64,000 nt of DNA, taken from the NCBI GenBank assembly GCA_044229975.1, contig JBGARZ010000001.1, forward strand, positions 896,001-960,000. The letters are read 5' to 3'. A model generated the notes under the pieces. That model saw nothing but the letters and a program-made list of their open reading frames with translations. It did no database searches and was not told the DNA's origin. This DNA is from Polyangiales bacterium. Its GTDB lineage: Bacteria; Myxococcota_A; Polyangia; Polyangiales; Ga0077539. Positions 1 through 13,784 of this stretch are shown piece by piece; position 1 is the first letter of the stretch; every line of letters starts with the position of its first letter. The position numbers and the translations under genes were made by a program.

Positions 1-1044
1 GATACTGGTGAGGGCGCCCTGCACCTCGCCCTGCTCGGCGGGCCCCACGGCGCGCGAGACCAGCGCCTGGAGCGACGGGTTGGCGAGGCCGCCGAGCGCG
101 AAGGGGACGACGATCGCGTACATCATCCAGCCGCGGGTCGCGAGGCCGAAGGCGACGAAGCCGAGGACGTTGACGGCGAGCCCGAGGACGAGCGCGCGGC
201 GCTCACCGAGGCGCGGGACGAGCACGCGGATGAGGCCGCCCTGCACGATGGCGCTCGACAGGCCGACGGCGGCGAGCGAGGTCCCGACGTCGACCTCGCG
301 CCACCCGAAGCGGCCTTCGCCCGCGATGGCCCACACGCTCTGGAGGATCTGCTGGGCGAGGCAGGAGCAGGCGAAGGTTCCGGCGAAGCCGAGGACGACG
401 GGGTGTCGTCGGAGCGTGGCGACGAGGTCGAGGGAGCTCGACCGCCGGAGCGAGAAGGGGCGGCGGTGCTCCGGGCGCAGCGACTCGGGGAGCACGAAGA
501 AGCCGTAGAGGAAGTTGGTGAGGTTGAGGCCCGCGGCGACGAGAAACGGGAGCCGAAGGTGGATGCCGCCGAGCAGGCCGCCGAGGGCGGGGCCGATGAT
601 GAAGCCGAGGCCGAAGACGGCGCCCATGAGACCGAAGCTCTTGGCGCGCTCGTCGGGCTCGGTGACGTCGGCGATGTACGCGGTGGCGGTGGAGAAGCTC
701 GCGCCCGTGATGCCCGAGATGACGCGCCCGACGAGGAGCCACCCGAGGCCCGGAGCGACGGAGAGGAGGAGGTAGTCGAGGGCGGATCCGAGGACGGAGC
801 CGAGGAGCACCGGGCGGCGGCCGAAGCGGTCGCTGAGCCCGCCGAGCACCGGCGCGAAGACGAATTGCATCAGCGCGTACACGGCCACGAAGAAGCCGTA
901 GTAGCGGGAGGTGGTCGACGGGTCGTGGTGCACGAAGCTGCGCACGAGGCTCGGAAGCACCGGGATGACCACGCCCACCCCGAGGGTCGACAGCATCAGT
1001 GTGACGAGGATGAACGCGATGCCGGCGGTGCGTGGTCGGGTCAT
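1..1044 (-). CDS. TetA/TCR-family MFS efflux transporter (3' end runs off the window)
   Basis: Manual translation from ATG at 1044: [31 protein letters not shown]...[14 protein letters not shown] (MFS motif A)...[10 protein letters not shown]...AYIADVT...[10 protein letters not shown] (antiporter motif C). Absent from the ORF track because no stop lies in the window. Confidence 0.9.
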   Translation of the reverse strand, partial: MTRPRTAGIAFILVTLMLSTLGVGVVIPVLPSLVRSFVHHDPSTTSRYYGFFVAVYALMQFVFAPVLGGLSDRFGRRPVLLGSVLGSALDYLLLSVAPGLGWLLVGRVISGITGASFSTATAYIADVTEPDERAKSFGLMGAVFGLGFIIGPALGGLLGGIHLRLPFLVAAGLNLTNFLYGFFVLPESLRPEHRRPFSLRRSSSLDLVATLRRHPVVLGFAGTFACSCLAQQILQSVWAIAGEGRFGWREVDVGTSLAAVGLSSAIVQGGLIRVLVPRLGERRALVLGLAVNVLGFVAFGLATRGWMMYAIVVPFALGGLANPSLQALVSRAVGPAEQGEVQGALTSI

Positions 1045-1147
1045 TGGGTCAGTCGGCTCGCGGGAGCTCGCACGACGGAGGCGCACTCATCGACCAAGTG
1101 ACGCGGACTGTCCAGCGGCCGCGCGCGGGTATATCCCGTCAGACCCG

Positions 1148-1765
1148 ATGACCACCGACGACCTCCGACGCTTCGCTCCGGCTACCCAGCGCAACCGAGA
1201 CCCGATCCTGGCGGTGCTCCGTCGGGTGCTCCCGGCGACGGGCACGGTGCTGGAGGTGGCGAGCGGCAGCGGCGAGCACGCGGTGTACTTCGCGGCGCAG
1301 CTCCCTGCGCTCACCTGGCAGCCCTCGGACGCAGACGCGACGGCGCGCGCGAGCATCGCGGCGTGGGCCGCCAAGGAGGCGCTCGGCAACGTGCTGCCGC
1401 CGGTGGCGCTCGACGCGTCGGCGGAGGAGTGGCCCGTGACCAGCGTCGACGCGGTGCTCTGCTGCAACATGGTTCACATCTCGCCATGGTCGTCGTGCGA
1501 GGGCTTGATGCGGGGCGCCGGACGGGTGCTGACAGCGGGCGGGGTGCTGGTGATGTACGGACCGTTCAAGGTCGGCGGCGAGCACACGGCGCCGAGCAAC
1601 GCGGCCTTCGACGCCGACCTGCGACGGCGCGACGCGCGGTGGGGAGTGCGTGACCTGGAGGCGGTGGTGGACGAAGCGCGGGGGCGCGGGTTCGATCACG
1701 TCGAGACGGTGTCGATGCCGGCCAACAACCTGACGGTGGTATTCCGGCGGCGCGCGGAGGGATAG
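1148..1765 (+). CDS. DUF938-family class I SAM-dependent methyltransferase
   Basis: FAPATQRNRDPIL, VLEVASGSGEH, WQPSD, NMVHISPW, YGPF, SNAAFD, MPANN motifs. Confidence 0.9.
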   Translation: MTTDDLRRFAPATQRNRDPILAVLRRVLPATGTVLEVASGSGEHAVYFAAQLPALTWQPSDADATARASIAAWAAKEALGNVLPPVALDASAEEWPVTSVDAVLCCNMVHISPWSSCEGLMRGAGRVLTAGGVLVMYGPFKVGGEHTAPSNAAFDADLRRRDARWGVRDLEAVVDEARGRGFDHVETVSMPANNLTVVFRRRAEG

Positions 1766-1770
1766 GTGGG

Positions 1771-2313
1771 TCAGCGCGGGCGGCAGCGGCCGCGGAAGAA
1801 GAACCAACCGGGCGGGCACGCCATGGGCGCCATGTTGGCGGGGCGACAGGCGCCGTTGATGAAGGCGTAGCCCGCGGGGCACGCGACCGGCTGCACGGGG
1901 ACGGCGACGGCGGTGCAGACGCCGTTGACGAGCATGGTGCCCGGAGGGCAGGCGACGGGCATGGGCTGCTGGATGGGCTGGCCCTGGGGCCAGCACCGAC
2001 CGTTGCTCCAGAAGAAGCCGGCCGGGCAGGCGACGGGCTGCTGCTGGATGGGCCGACAGGCGCCGTTGACGAAGGCGTAGCCGGCGGGACAGGCGACGGG
2101 CTGCGGCTGGGCGATGACGACGCACATCCCGTTCTGGAAGACCTGGCCGGGCGGGCATGGGCTGTTGCCGTAGGGGACGCAGCGACCCCAGCGGTTGCGC
2201 ATGAACCCCGGGGGACAGCGAAACTGCGCCGACGCAGGCACGGCGACGAGCAGGGTGGAGAGGGCCGCCAGGGCGGGAACGATGATGGATGTCGGGACTC
2301 GGGCGAACTTCAT
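1771..2313 (-). CDS. Secreted Cys/Pro/Gly-repeat protein (7 x CP(P/A)G...GxC)
   Basis: Signal peptide ending ASA; GGAGG RBS upstream; seven two-Cys repeats such as CPAGYAFVNGAC. Confidence 0.75.
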   Translation of the reverse strand: MKFARVPTSIIVPALAALSTLLVAVPASAQFRCPPGFMRNRWGRCVPYGNSPCPPGQVFQNGMCVVIAQPQPVACPAGYAFVNGACRPIQQQPVACPAGFFWSNGRCWPQGQPIQQPMPVACPPGTMLVNGVCTAVAVPVQPVACPAGYAFINGACRPANMAPMACPPGWFFFRGRCRPR

Positions 2314-2406
2314 GGGGATATCCTCCAGCGGGGCACTACGGACGGGCGGAGACAGAACTTCAGCGCGGCCTCAACGACTCCCCCCCAAAGGGCAGACCGC
2401 CGACCT

Positions 2407-4875
<2,469 letters not shown>

Positions 4876-4939
4876 GTCGGGGCGCGATGGTACTGCCCAT
4901 CGTCCCCGACTGACCACGAATGTCGCTGTCGCCGGAGCG

Positions 4940-5386
4940 CTAGCGGTGCGAGCGCTGCTTGTCCTCGCCCTTCAGCTCGCGAGCGCGACCCGCGGCCTGC
5001 ATCTGCTCGTCGCCGAGCACCTCGCCGAGCTTGCCCTGCACCGCGCCTGCGACCTCCTGCAGCTTGCCCTTGGCGCGCTCGACGGCGTTGAGCGCCTCGA
5101 CGCGGTCTTCGCCCTCCAGCTCACGCGCCCGCCCTTCGGCCTCCATGCGCTCGCTGCCGACGGCCGACCCGATGGCGCCCTGCACCGCACCCGCTGCGCG
5201 CTGCACGTGTCCCTCCACGCGCTCGGCCCCCTTCGCCGCGCTCTGCTGCGCCTGACCGGCGAGCTCCTTCGCGCGCCCCTCGGCCTGCATCTGCTCATCG
5301 CCCACCAGGGCGCCGACGCCCTGCTTGATCTTGCCGCCCAGCTCGGTGACCGCACCCTCGACGCGCTTGCTCGTGTTGCTGCTCAT
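4940..5386 (-). CDS. CsbD-like general stress protein with about three internal repeats
   Basis: Repeated G.(L/V)GDEQMQA.GRA.EL.G units; AGAGG-like RBS upstream of ATG at 5386. Confidence 0.8.
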   Translation of the reverse strand: MSSNTSKRVEGAVTELGGKIKQGVGALVGDEQMQAEGRAKELAGQAQQSAAKGAERVEGHVQRAAGAVQGAIGSAVGSERMEAEGRARELEGEDRVEALNAVERAKGKLQEVAGAVQGKLGEVLGDEQMQAAGRARELKGEDKQRSHR

Positions 5387-5608
5387 AGGAAACCTCTGTC
5401 GTTTGCATCCGCCAAGCACATCGCCCGGGGATGACGGACCCCATCGCAATGCGTGTGCCGACAGGAGCAGGAGGCGCGCGGACGTTGGAAATGTCGCGGG
5501 TGCGCGCCGCGCTGACGCTGCGGCGTGGGACCAGAAATCAGAACAGACGCGCGAGCCCATCCGCCGAGCGACGCCCCAGCGCGCACCTGTGGCGATCGTG
5601 CGTGTGCG

Positions 5609-7003
<1,395 letters not shown>

Positions 7004-7081
7004 GCGTCCCATCGTAGGGCCACCCACGAAGCGCGGGCACCCATCGACGGCGCGGTGGTGTTCGTGGTCCGCTCCGCGGCG

Positions 7082-7912
7082 ATGCGCCCACACCTCCCGC
7101 TCTCCCTCGCGCTGCTCGTCGGCGCGTGCTCGTCGCCCACGACCAACGTCACCGTCGATGCCGCGACCACCGACGTCGGCACCACGCCCGACACCGGCTC
7201 ACCGGCCGTCGATGTACCTCTCGCCACCGACGTTCCGCCCGCGGTCGACGTTCCGCCCGCCGTCGACGTCCCGCCCGCCGTCGACGTCCCGCCCGCCGTC
7301 GACGTCCCGCCCACGGTCGACGTCCCGGCCCGCACCTACGTCGAGATGCCCGCGCTCTCCGAGGCGCCCGTGCGTCGCTTCGACGCCGCGCCCGCCGCGA
7401 TGCTCGTCGCCGGGAGCGACTACCGCGCGACCGTCGTCACCGACGCCGGAACCCTCACGCTCGACCTCTTCGAAGACGCCGCCCCCCTCGCGGTGAACTC
7501 CTTCATCTGGCTCGCGCGCCATCACTTCTATGACGGCATCGCGTTTCACCGGGTGATCGAAGGCTTCGTCGCGCAGGGCGGCGACCCCAACACCATCGCC
7601 GGCGCCCGCACCACCTGGGGCCGCGGCGGTCCGGGCTACATGTTCGGCACCGAGATCGACGACACCCTGCACTTCGACGGACCCGGCGTCCTCGGCATGG
7701 CGCGCTCGACCAGCCTCAACAGCAACGGGTCGCAGTTCTATCTGACGCTCGCTGCGGCCGCACACCTCGACGGGCAGTACACCGTGTTCGGCCGCGTGCT
7801 CGGCGACGGCGCGCTCGCCGTGCTCGATCGCATCCAGCGCGGCACGACGGACGCACCGCCCGACGTGCCGACGCGCATCACGTCGGTGACGATTCTCGTG
7901 GCTGCTCCCTGA
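7082..7912 (+). CDS. Lipoprotein cyclophilin-type peptidyl-prolyl cis-trans isomerase
   Basis: Lipobox [47 protein letters not shown]. Confidence 0.93.
   Translation: MRPHLPLSLALLVGACSSPTTNVTVDAATTDVGTTPDTGSPAVDVPLATDVPPAVDVPPAVDVPPAVDVPPAVDVPPTVDVPARTYVEMPALSEAPVRRFDAAPAAMLVAGSDYRATVVTDAGTLTLDLFEDAAPLAVNSFIWLARHHFYDGIAFHRVIEGFVAQGGDPNTIAGARTTWGRGGPGYMFGTEIDDTLHFDGPGVLGMARSTSLNSNGSQFYLTLAAAAHLDGQYTVFGRVLGDGALAVLDRIQRGTTDAPPDVPTRITSVTILVAAP
7205..7330 (+). repeat. In-frame 18-bp tandem repeat encoding (PPAVDV)n linker
   Basis: About 6-7 copies of gccgtcgacgtcccgccc-like units. Confidence 0.9.
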
Positions 7913-8906
7913 GGCGAAGCCCCTCCTTCACGTTGGCCTGCTCGGTCGCCGCGTGGTCGCCGGGGTGCTCCTCGGGCTCGATCTCGGGCGCGGCCTCCTG
8001 CTGCTTCGCGGTCTCCGGCATGTTGGCCACGTGCGTGTCGGTCTTCTCCTTGTCCTCGCCAGGCATCAGGATCTTGTTGATCTCCGCGCCGAGCAGCAGC
8101 GCCATCGTCGAGACCCACATCCAGAGCAGCAGCACGATGACGCCGCCGAGCGCGCCGTAGGTCGCCTCGTAGCTGCCGAAGTGCTGCACGTAGAAGCTGA
8201 AGCCCCACGACGCGCCGACCCACAACAACACCCCGACCACCGAGCCCGGCGTCACCGGTTGGAATCGCGGCTTCACGTTGGGAAGGAACTGATACAGCCC
8301 CGCCCACGTCACCATGATGATGAGCCCCGCGAGCGGGAGGCGAAGCCACTCCAGGGCGGTGCCGAGCGGGCCGCCGATCCAGCGGGCGAGAGCGGGCACC
8401 GCGATGGCGATGAGGGACGCCACGAGCGCGATGACGCCCACGCCGATGGTGGTTCCGATGGCGAGCAGGCGACGCTTCCAGAAGGGGCGGGTCTCGACGA
8501 CGTCGTAGGCGCGGTCGAGCGCCGGGATGAGCGACGCGACGCCCGCCGAGGCCGACCAGAGCGCGCCGATGAAGCTCAGCGTGAGCAGGCCGGTGGCGGG
8601 CTGTGACTTCAGCGCCGTGAGACGCTCGGAGACGATGGTGGTCACGTCGCGCGGCATCACGCGCGAGACCTGGCGGACGATGTCCTCGATGGTGTCCCAG
8701 CTCACCACCTTGCTCAGGACGCCCACCACGAAGAGCAGGAAGGGGAAGAGCGCGAGCACGCAGTAGAAGGTCACCGTCGCCGCGACGTCGTCGACCGCGT
8801 CGTGGTCGAGCTCCTTCACCAGCTTCTTGAAGAACTCCTTCCAGGGCATGTCTCGCCCTGGCCAGAGGAGCTTCGTCTTCGGTTGCTCCGTCGACTCGGT
8901 CGGCAT
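7878..8906 (-). CDS. YihY/virulence factor BrkB family membrane protein
   Basis: AATVTFYCVLALFPFLL, LWSAS, LDRAYDVVETRPFWKRR, YEATYGALGGVIVLLLW, LLGAEIN. Confidence 0.92.
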   Translation of the reverse strand: MPTESTEQPKTKLLWPGRDMPWKEFFKKLVKELDHDAVDDVAATVTFYCVLALFPFLLFVVGVLSKVVSWDTIEDIVRQVSRVMPRDVTTIVSERLTALKSQPATGLLTLSFIGALWSASAGVASLIPALDRAYDVVETRPFWKRRLLAIGTTIGVGVIALVASLIAIAVPALARWIGGPLGTALEWLRLPLAGLIIMVTWAGLYQFLPNVKPRFQPVTPGSVVGVLLWVGASWGFSFYVQHFGSYEATYGALGGVIVLLLWMWVSTMALLLGAEINKILMPGEDKEKTDTHVANMPETAKQQEAAPEIEPEEHPGDHAATEQANVKEGLRLREQPRESSPT

Positions 8907-9044
8907 GACCGCGTTTCGTGAGCACACCACGTACCGCCGCGCGATGCGGCCCGGCGACGGGTCGCGGCCGAGGCCGCTCGCCACACCTGTGACAAGGGTG
9001 GCGTGCCTTGACGTCGACACGCACAGGACATCACAACCGAAGGC

Positions 9045-9473
9045 ATGAACCTCCGATTGGCTCCGGTGTTCTTCGTCGTCGGCGCGGCAGCCTGTGGCAC
9101 GCGCGGTGGGTACGCCGAGCCCGGTCCGGCCTCGGCCTCCGCCAACCCGCCGAGCCCGCCCAGCGTTCAGTCGGGGCAGCCGTTGCAACCGTCCCCCGGC
9201 AACGGTGAGCCCTCGGCCATCCCGCCGACGGTCGGCCCCACCGGCAACAACATCGCCGCACCAAGCGACCCCGACACCCGCGCCGAGTGCCGCACCGACG
9301 CCGACTGCGCGCCCGCGGCGTGCTGCCATCCCGCAGCCTGTGTCGCGGTCGCCAGCATGCCCCGGTGCGCAGGCATCATGTGCACCGGCCAGTGCGCGCC
9401 CGGGACGCTCGACTGCGGGCAGGCCCATTGCGTCTGCCTCGGCGGCCGCTGCGGCGTGCAGCGACGAGGCTGA
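9045..9473 (+). CDS. Small lipoprotein with Pro-rich linker and C-terminal Cys-rich domain
   Basis: GAAAC lipobox-like; ECRTDADCAPAACCHPAACV...CVCLGGRC. Confidence 0.7.
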   Translation: MNLRLAPVFFVVGAAACGTRGGYAEPGPASASANPPSPPSVQSGQPLQPSPGNGEPSAIPPTVGPTGNNIAAPSDPDTRAECRTDADCAPAACCHPAACVAVASMPRCAGIMCTGQCAPGTLDCGQAHCVCLGGRCGVQRRG

Positions 9474-9524
9474 GCGCATCGTCACCCTTGACGCGATGGA
9501 GGCCGCTGGTCTCCCATCGCCGCA

Positions 9525-11015
9525 ATGGCCCCCTCCGACGTCGGCGGTACGGACCGCGCGTGGCGGGCCCTGTCGCTCTCCCTCACGGCCCTCACCCACG
9601 GCGCCGCGCTCGCGGGCGACCTCCTCGACGGCGACCGGCTGTTGCTCGTTCGCAACCCGAGCCTGCACTCCTTCGCGGGGCTCGCCACGCTGCTCTCCGA
9701 CGGACGTGTCTTCCTCCGTGGCGCGGCGCTCCCGCTGCGTGACCGCTCACCCCTCGCGGCGCTCTCGACGTGGCTCTCGTGGCAGTGGTTTCGCGCCAAC
9801 CCGGTGGTGCAACACGCCCTCGGCGTCGCCCTGCTGGTCTCGATCGTCGCGGCGTTCGGGTCATTGCTCCGCTCGCTCAGGACGTCATCCGCCGCAGCGT
9901 GGCTGGGCGCCCTCGGGCTCTCGCTCCACCCCTGCGCCGCCGACCTCACGGGCCCGCTGCTCGGCCGCGACACGCTGCTCGCGCTGCTCGTCGCGCTCGT
10001 CGCGGCTCGACGCGTTCGCGACGCGGCCCCGTTGCGAGCCGTCGCCTGGTCGGCTGTCGCCGCGCTCGTCGCTGGACTCTGCGCGCCCGGTTCTGGCCTG
10101 CTCGGGCTGATCCCCGCGGCGCTCGCTTCATCGTCTCTCGCACGTCGTGCCGCCGCCCTCGCCGCCATCTTCGCGACGCTCGTCGCCCTCGGTGTCACCC
10201 ACGGCGTCGACCCGCTCCTCCCTTCGCTCGCTGCCCTCTCCACTGGCGCCGTCGCGACCCTCCTCGCGTGGCTCCCCTCGCCCACCGCCTTCGTCGCCGT
10301 CACGCTTCCCCGCGGCCTCGTCGTCGGCCTCCTGCCCTCCGTCGCGCTCGCGCTCTTTGCGTTCGTGTCGTCGGTCCGCGCGCGTGACCCCGACGCCGCC
10401 GCGCTCCTCCGCGCCGGGTCCGCCGCCGCGCTCGCCTCGCTGCTCTCCGCCGCTGCCTCCGTGCGCGCCTCCACCGCCGACGGAACCTCCGCCCTCCTCC
10501 TCCACCTCTCCCTCTCCCTCGTCGCGCTCGCCGTGCTCCGCGCCCAGGGCGCTACGTTCGCGGCCCGCGCCCGTCCGTGGATGCTCCTGGTGCTCGCACT
10601 CCCTGCCGCGCTCACCGCGCATCGCGTGCGTCAGTGGTCCACCCAGGAGCGGGTGCTCGGTGCGCTCATCGCGCGCGACCCCGACGACCCCGAGGCGCTG
10701 CTCGCCCGCGCGACGCTCGCGCTACGTCGCGGCAACCTCTCCGACGCCGCTCCGTGGTGCCTCCGCTACGGCGCGGCGATGACCACCACCGGCCGCGCCG
10801 ACGGGTGCGTCGGAGCGCTCGCCGCGGCGCGGGGCGACGAGCGTGCGGCGGTGTTTCTGCTGCGACGATGGGCGGCTACGCTGGACGACCGCCGGGCGCT
10901 GCGAGCCGCGGCGTTGCAGCTCTCGGACGCGATGCCCGACCCGCGCTTCGGCGTCGCGTTTCGCGCGGCCACGGGGTACTCGCTCCCGCAGCGTCGACCC
11001 GGGGAGGCGCGGTGA
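9525..11015 (+). CDS. Polytopic membrane protein with C-terminal TPR-like helices; degenerate TMTC-like GT-C fold
   Basis: LAGDLLDGDRLLLVRNP, LHPCAADLTGPLLGRDTLL and RVRQWSTQERVL...RDPDDPEA resemble TMTC-family landmarks; many hydrophobic helices. Confidence 0.55.
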   Translation: MAPSDVGGTDRAWRALSLSLTALTHGAALAGDLLDGDRLLLVRNPSLHSFAGLATLLSDGRVFLRGAALPLRDRSPLAALSTWLSWQWFRANPVVQHALGVALLVSIVAAFGSLLRSLRTSSAAAWLGALGLSLHPCAADLTGPLLGRDTLLALLVALVAARRVRDAAPLRAVAWSAVAALVAGLCAPGSGLLGLIPAALASSSLARRAAALAAIFATLVALGVTHGVDPLLPSLAALSTGAVATLLAWLPSPTAFVAVTLPRGLVVGLLPSVALALFAFVSSVRARDPDAAALLRAGSAAALASLLSAAASVRASTADGTSALLLHLSLSLVALAVLRAQGATFAARARPWMLLVLALPAALTAHRVRQWSTQERVLGALIARDPDDPEALLARATLALRRGNLSDAAPWCLRYGAAMTTTGRADGCVGALAAARGDERAAVFLLRRWAATLDDRRALRAAALQLSDAMPDPRFGVAFRAATGYSLPQRRPGEAR

Positions 11016-12619
11016 AGCGCGGCGGGTGGGCGCTGCTGCTCGGCGTGTTGGGCGTGACGCTGGGCTGGGCGGCGACCCATCACGGCATCGACGAGTGGGG
11101 CAGCGCGCGGGCGCGCACGATCGTGGCGCTCGCCGCCCTCGGGTGGGCGTGGTGGCTGCGTGATCGTCGCCGCGACGGACGACCGGTCGCCTTGCCCGTG
11201 GCACACGGCGTCACGGGTGCCATCGCGCTGTGTGCGGCGGCGGCGTGGTTCAACTTCGGCGCCATCGGCCACACGGGGGGTGTGCACCGCCACGACGTCT
11301 TCCACTACTACGTCGGCAGCAAGTATCACCGCGAGCTCGGCTACGGGCTCATCTACCGCTGCACCGCCGTCGCCGAGGCCGAAGACGGTCACGTCCAGCG
11401 CGTGCGCGAGCGGATGTTTCGCGACCTCGCGACCGACCGTCTGGTGCCCGCGGGCGAGGCGCTCGCCGACCCGTCGGTCTGCCACGACCGCTTCACCGCC
11501 GAGCGATGGCGGGCCTTCCGCGATGACGTCCACAACATCCGCGAGGGCATCCCGGAACCTGCGTGGCGACAGGCGCAGATCGACCACGGCTACAACCCGA
11601 CGCCCGCCTGGAGCGTCACCAGCGGCGCCCTGTCGCGGGTGGTTCCGTCCACCGACCTCGGGCTGCGCTTCCTCGCGTCGCTCGACCTCGCGCTCATGGC
11701 GCTCGTGGTCGCGCTGCTCTTCTGGGCCTTCGGCTGGCGCGTCGCCGCCCTCGCCCTCGTCCTCTGGGGAACCCAGGAGCCCGGCAAGTTCACCTGGGTC
11801 GCCTTCTCGATGCTGCGCTTCGACTGGCTCTTCCTGCTCGTCGCGTCGCTCGCGCTGCTCCGCCGCGGTCGACCCGCGCTCGCCGGCGCCGCCCTCGGCT
11901 GGGCCGCCGCCATGCGTGGCTTCCCCGCGCTCGGGCTCGTCGGGGTGCTCCTCGCAGGCGTCGCCGACCCGCTTCTGCGCGCACGCTACGCCGTCACCCG
12001 CCGCCGCTTCGCGCTGGGCTTCGGCGCGACCGCCGTCGTGCTCGTCGCCCTCAGCGCCGCCGTCACCGGAACCTCCTCGTGGTCCGAGTGGGCCCATCAC
12101 ATCCGTCGCCACAACGCCGTGGCTGCGTCCAACAAGGCCGGCCTTGGCGTGCTCGTGTCGTTCCATCCCGAGCACCGCGTGGAGCGCGTGCAGGCGAGGC
12201 ACCCTGGGGCGGCGCAAGAGGTGTGGATGCAGCGCTGGTCGGACGAGGTGCGCGCCACCCGCGACGCCCGCAAGCCCCTGCTCCGACTGTTGCAGCTCGC
12301 GTTTGGCGCGCTGCTGCTCGTGGCCCTGGGACGTGCCCGTCGCCCGTACCTCGGCCTCACGCTGGCCATCCTCGCCGCCCCGATGGCCACGGAGCTCTCG
12401 GGTTACTACCTCATGTACTTCCTCATCGCGGCGGTGCTCGCGACGGCGCGCGCGTCGCTGGAGCGCTGGCTCCTGGGCTTCGCTGCCGCGGTGCAGGCGC
12501 TGATGGTGATGCCCGCGGTGGGGTGGTTCTACGACGACCGCTACCTGGCCATTTCGCTCACCTATGTGGTCGCGGCCGTGGCCCTGACGGCGGTGTTCGC
12601 CCGCCGACGACGGGCGTGA
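11012..12619 (+). CDS. Polytopic membrane protein, probable GT-C (GT87/DUF2029-like) glycosyltransferase
   Basis: GTGA overlap with the upstream gene; HDVFHYYVGSKY, DHGYNPTPAW, FDWLFLL; many TM segments. Confidence 0.55.
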   Translation: MKRGGWALLLGVLGVTLGWAATHHGIDEWGSARARTIVALAALGWAWWLRDRRRDGRPVALPVAHGVTGAIALCAAAAWFNFGAIGHTGGVHRHDVFHYYVGSKYHRELGYGLIYRCTAVAEAEDGHVQRVRERMFRDLATDRLVPAGEALADPSVCHDRFTAERWRAFRDDVHNIREGIPEPAWRQAQIDHGYNPTPAWSVTSGALSRVVPSTDLGLRFLASLDLALMALVVALLFWAFGWRVAALALVLWGTQEPGKFTWVAFSMLRFDWLFLLVASLALLRRGRPALAGAALGWAAAMRGFPALGLVGVLLAGVADPLLRARYAVTRRRFALGFGATAVVLVALSAAVTGTSSWSEWAHHIRRHNAVAASNKAGLGVLVSFHPEHRVERVQARHPGAAQEVWMQRWSDEVRATRDARKPLLRLLQLAFGALLLVALGRARRPYLGLTLAILAAPMATELSGYYLMYFLIAAVLATARASLERWLLGFAAAVQALMVMPAVGWFYDDRYLAISLTYVVAAVALTAVFARRRRA

Positions 12620-12683
12620 CGTCGGACGGCCAGTGGGGTCTATCATCGCCCGCCCGCCACCGCCCCGAAGGAGACCCACGCCG

Positions 12684-13757
12684 ATGTCATCGATCGCCCG
12701 CCGTAGCCTGCTGCTCCCGCTCGTCCTCCTCGGCGCCGCCGCCGGGTGCAGCGATTCGGTCTCGACGACCGACGCCGCGGTCACCACGGACGTCCCGAGT
12801 GACCTCGGCGCTGCACCGAAGGACGCAGAGGTCGACGCGGGCACGATCAAGCCCGAGGACGTCCCGCCCGTGGCCGTCGACGTCCCCGCCACCGATGTCT
12901 ACGAGCCGGCGGTGGTGTCGGGCCCCTGCGACTCCTTCAACGCCGGCACCGTCACGGGCTTCAGCGTCGATGGGCTCAACCGTTCGTTCATGCTGACGCT
13001 GCCGACGGGCGCGACGGGGACGGGCGGTCGTTGGCCAGTCGTCTTCAACTGGCACGGCCTCGGCGACAGCGCGCCCAACATGAACCGGCTCCTCGCGGGC
13101 GAGGTGAACAACGCCACGATGCCGTTCATCCTCATCACGCCGGTCTCCACGATGCTCGGTCCGACCACCATGCCCCTCGGCCTGGAGTGGGAGAACCTCC
13201 GCGCGATGACACCCAATCGCGAGGCCCGCCTCTTCGACGCGGTGGTGCGCTGCCTCGACGAGCGCTACGGCGTCGACCGCGACCGCCTCTACACCGTCGG
13301 CTTCTCCGCGGGCGCCATCATGTCCGACCTGCTCGGCGTGCTCCGCGGTTCGCAGCTCGCCGCCGTCGCCAGCTACTCGGGCGGCTACTTCTCCAACCCC
13401 GACAACCCCGCAACGCTGGGCGCGCTCCGCACCTATCCCCAGTGGCCCAACCCCAACGCCACCGCGCGCTATCCCCAGCTCGTGATGTTCGGCGGCGAGA
13501 GCGACACCTTCAACCTCTTCGTGGCCACGGCGCGCTTCAACGTCTTCGCCGCCAACGACGTCGGCTACCTCAACGCCCGCCAGCACGAGGTCGTGTACTG
13601 CAACCACAACGGCGGACACACGATCCCGACGGCGATCCAGGGGTCGCGGATCGTGCAGTTCTTCGCGGCGCACCCGCGCACCGCGACGTCGTCTCCGTGG
13701 GCCGCCGCGCTGCCGACGGGCTGGCCGTCGTACTGCTCCTTCCGCGGTCGGTCGTAG
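12684..13757 (+). CDS. Lipoprotein alpha/beta-hydrolase (PHB-depolymerase/LpqC-like esterase)
   Basis: AAAGC lipobox; PVVFNWHGLG, VDRDRLYTVGFSAGA nucleophile elbow, GGH catalytic His. Confidence 0.8.
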   Translation: MSSIARRSLLLPLVLLGAAAGCSDSVSTTDAAVTTDVPSDLGAAPKDAEVDAGTIKPEDVPPVAVDVPATDVYEPAVVSGPCDSFNAGTVTGFSVDGLNRSFMLTLPTGATGTGGRWPVVFNWHGLGDSAPNMNRLLAGEVNNATMPFILITPVSTMLGPTTMPLGLEWENLRAMTPNREARLFDAVVRCLDERYGVDRDRLYTVGFSAGAIMSDLLGVLRGSQLAAVASYSGGYFSNPDNPATLGALRTYPQWPNPNATARYPQLVMFGGESDTFNLFVATARFNVFAANDVGYLNARQHEVVYCNHNGGHTIPTAIQGSRIVQFFAAHPRTATSSPWAAALPTGWPSYCSFRGRS

Positions 13758-13784
13758 CCCTTCAAACCGGTGTACGGTCGAGGG

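Noticed and set aside
1..1044. Acquired tetracycline-resistance determinant
   Set aside because: TetA-family motifs alone do not define substrate; no tetR or mobile context; codon usage matches the host.
7205..7330. CRISPR-like repeat array
   Set aside because: Contiguous 18-bp in-frame coding repeats with no spacers; no cas genes in the window.
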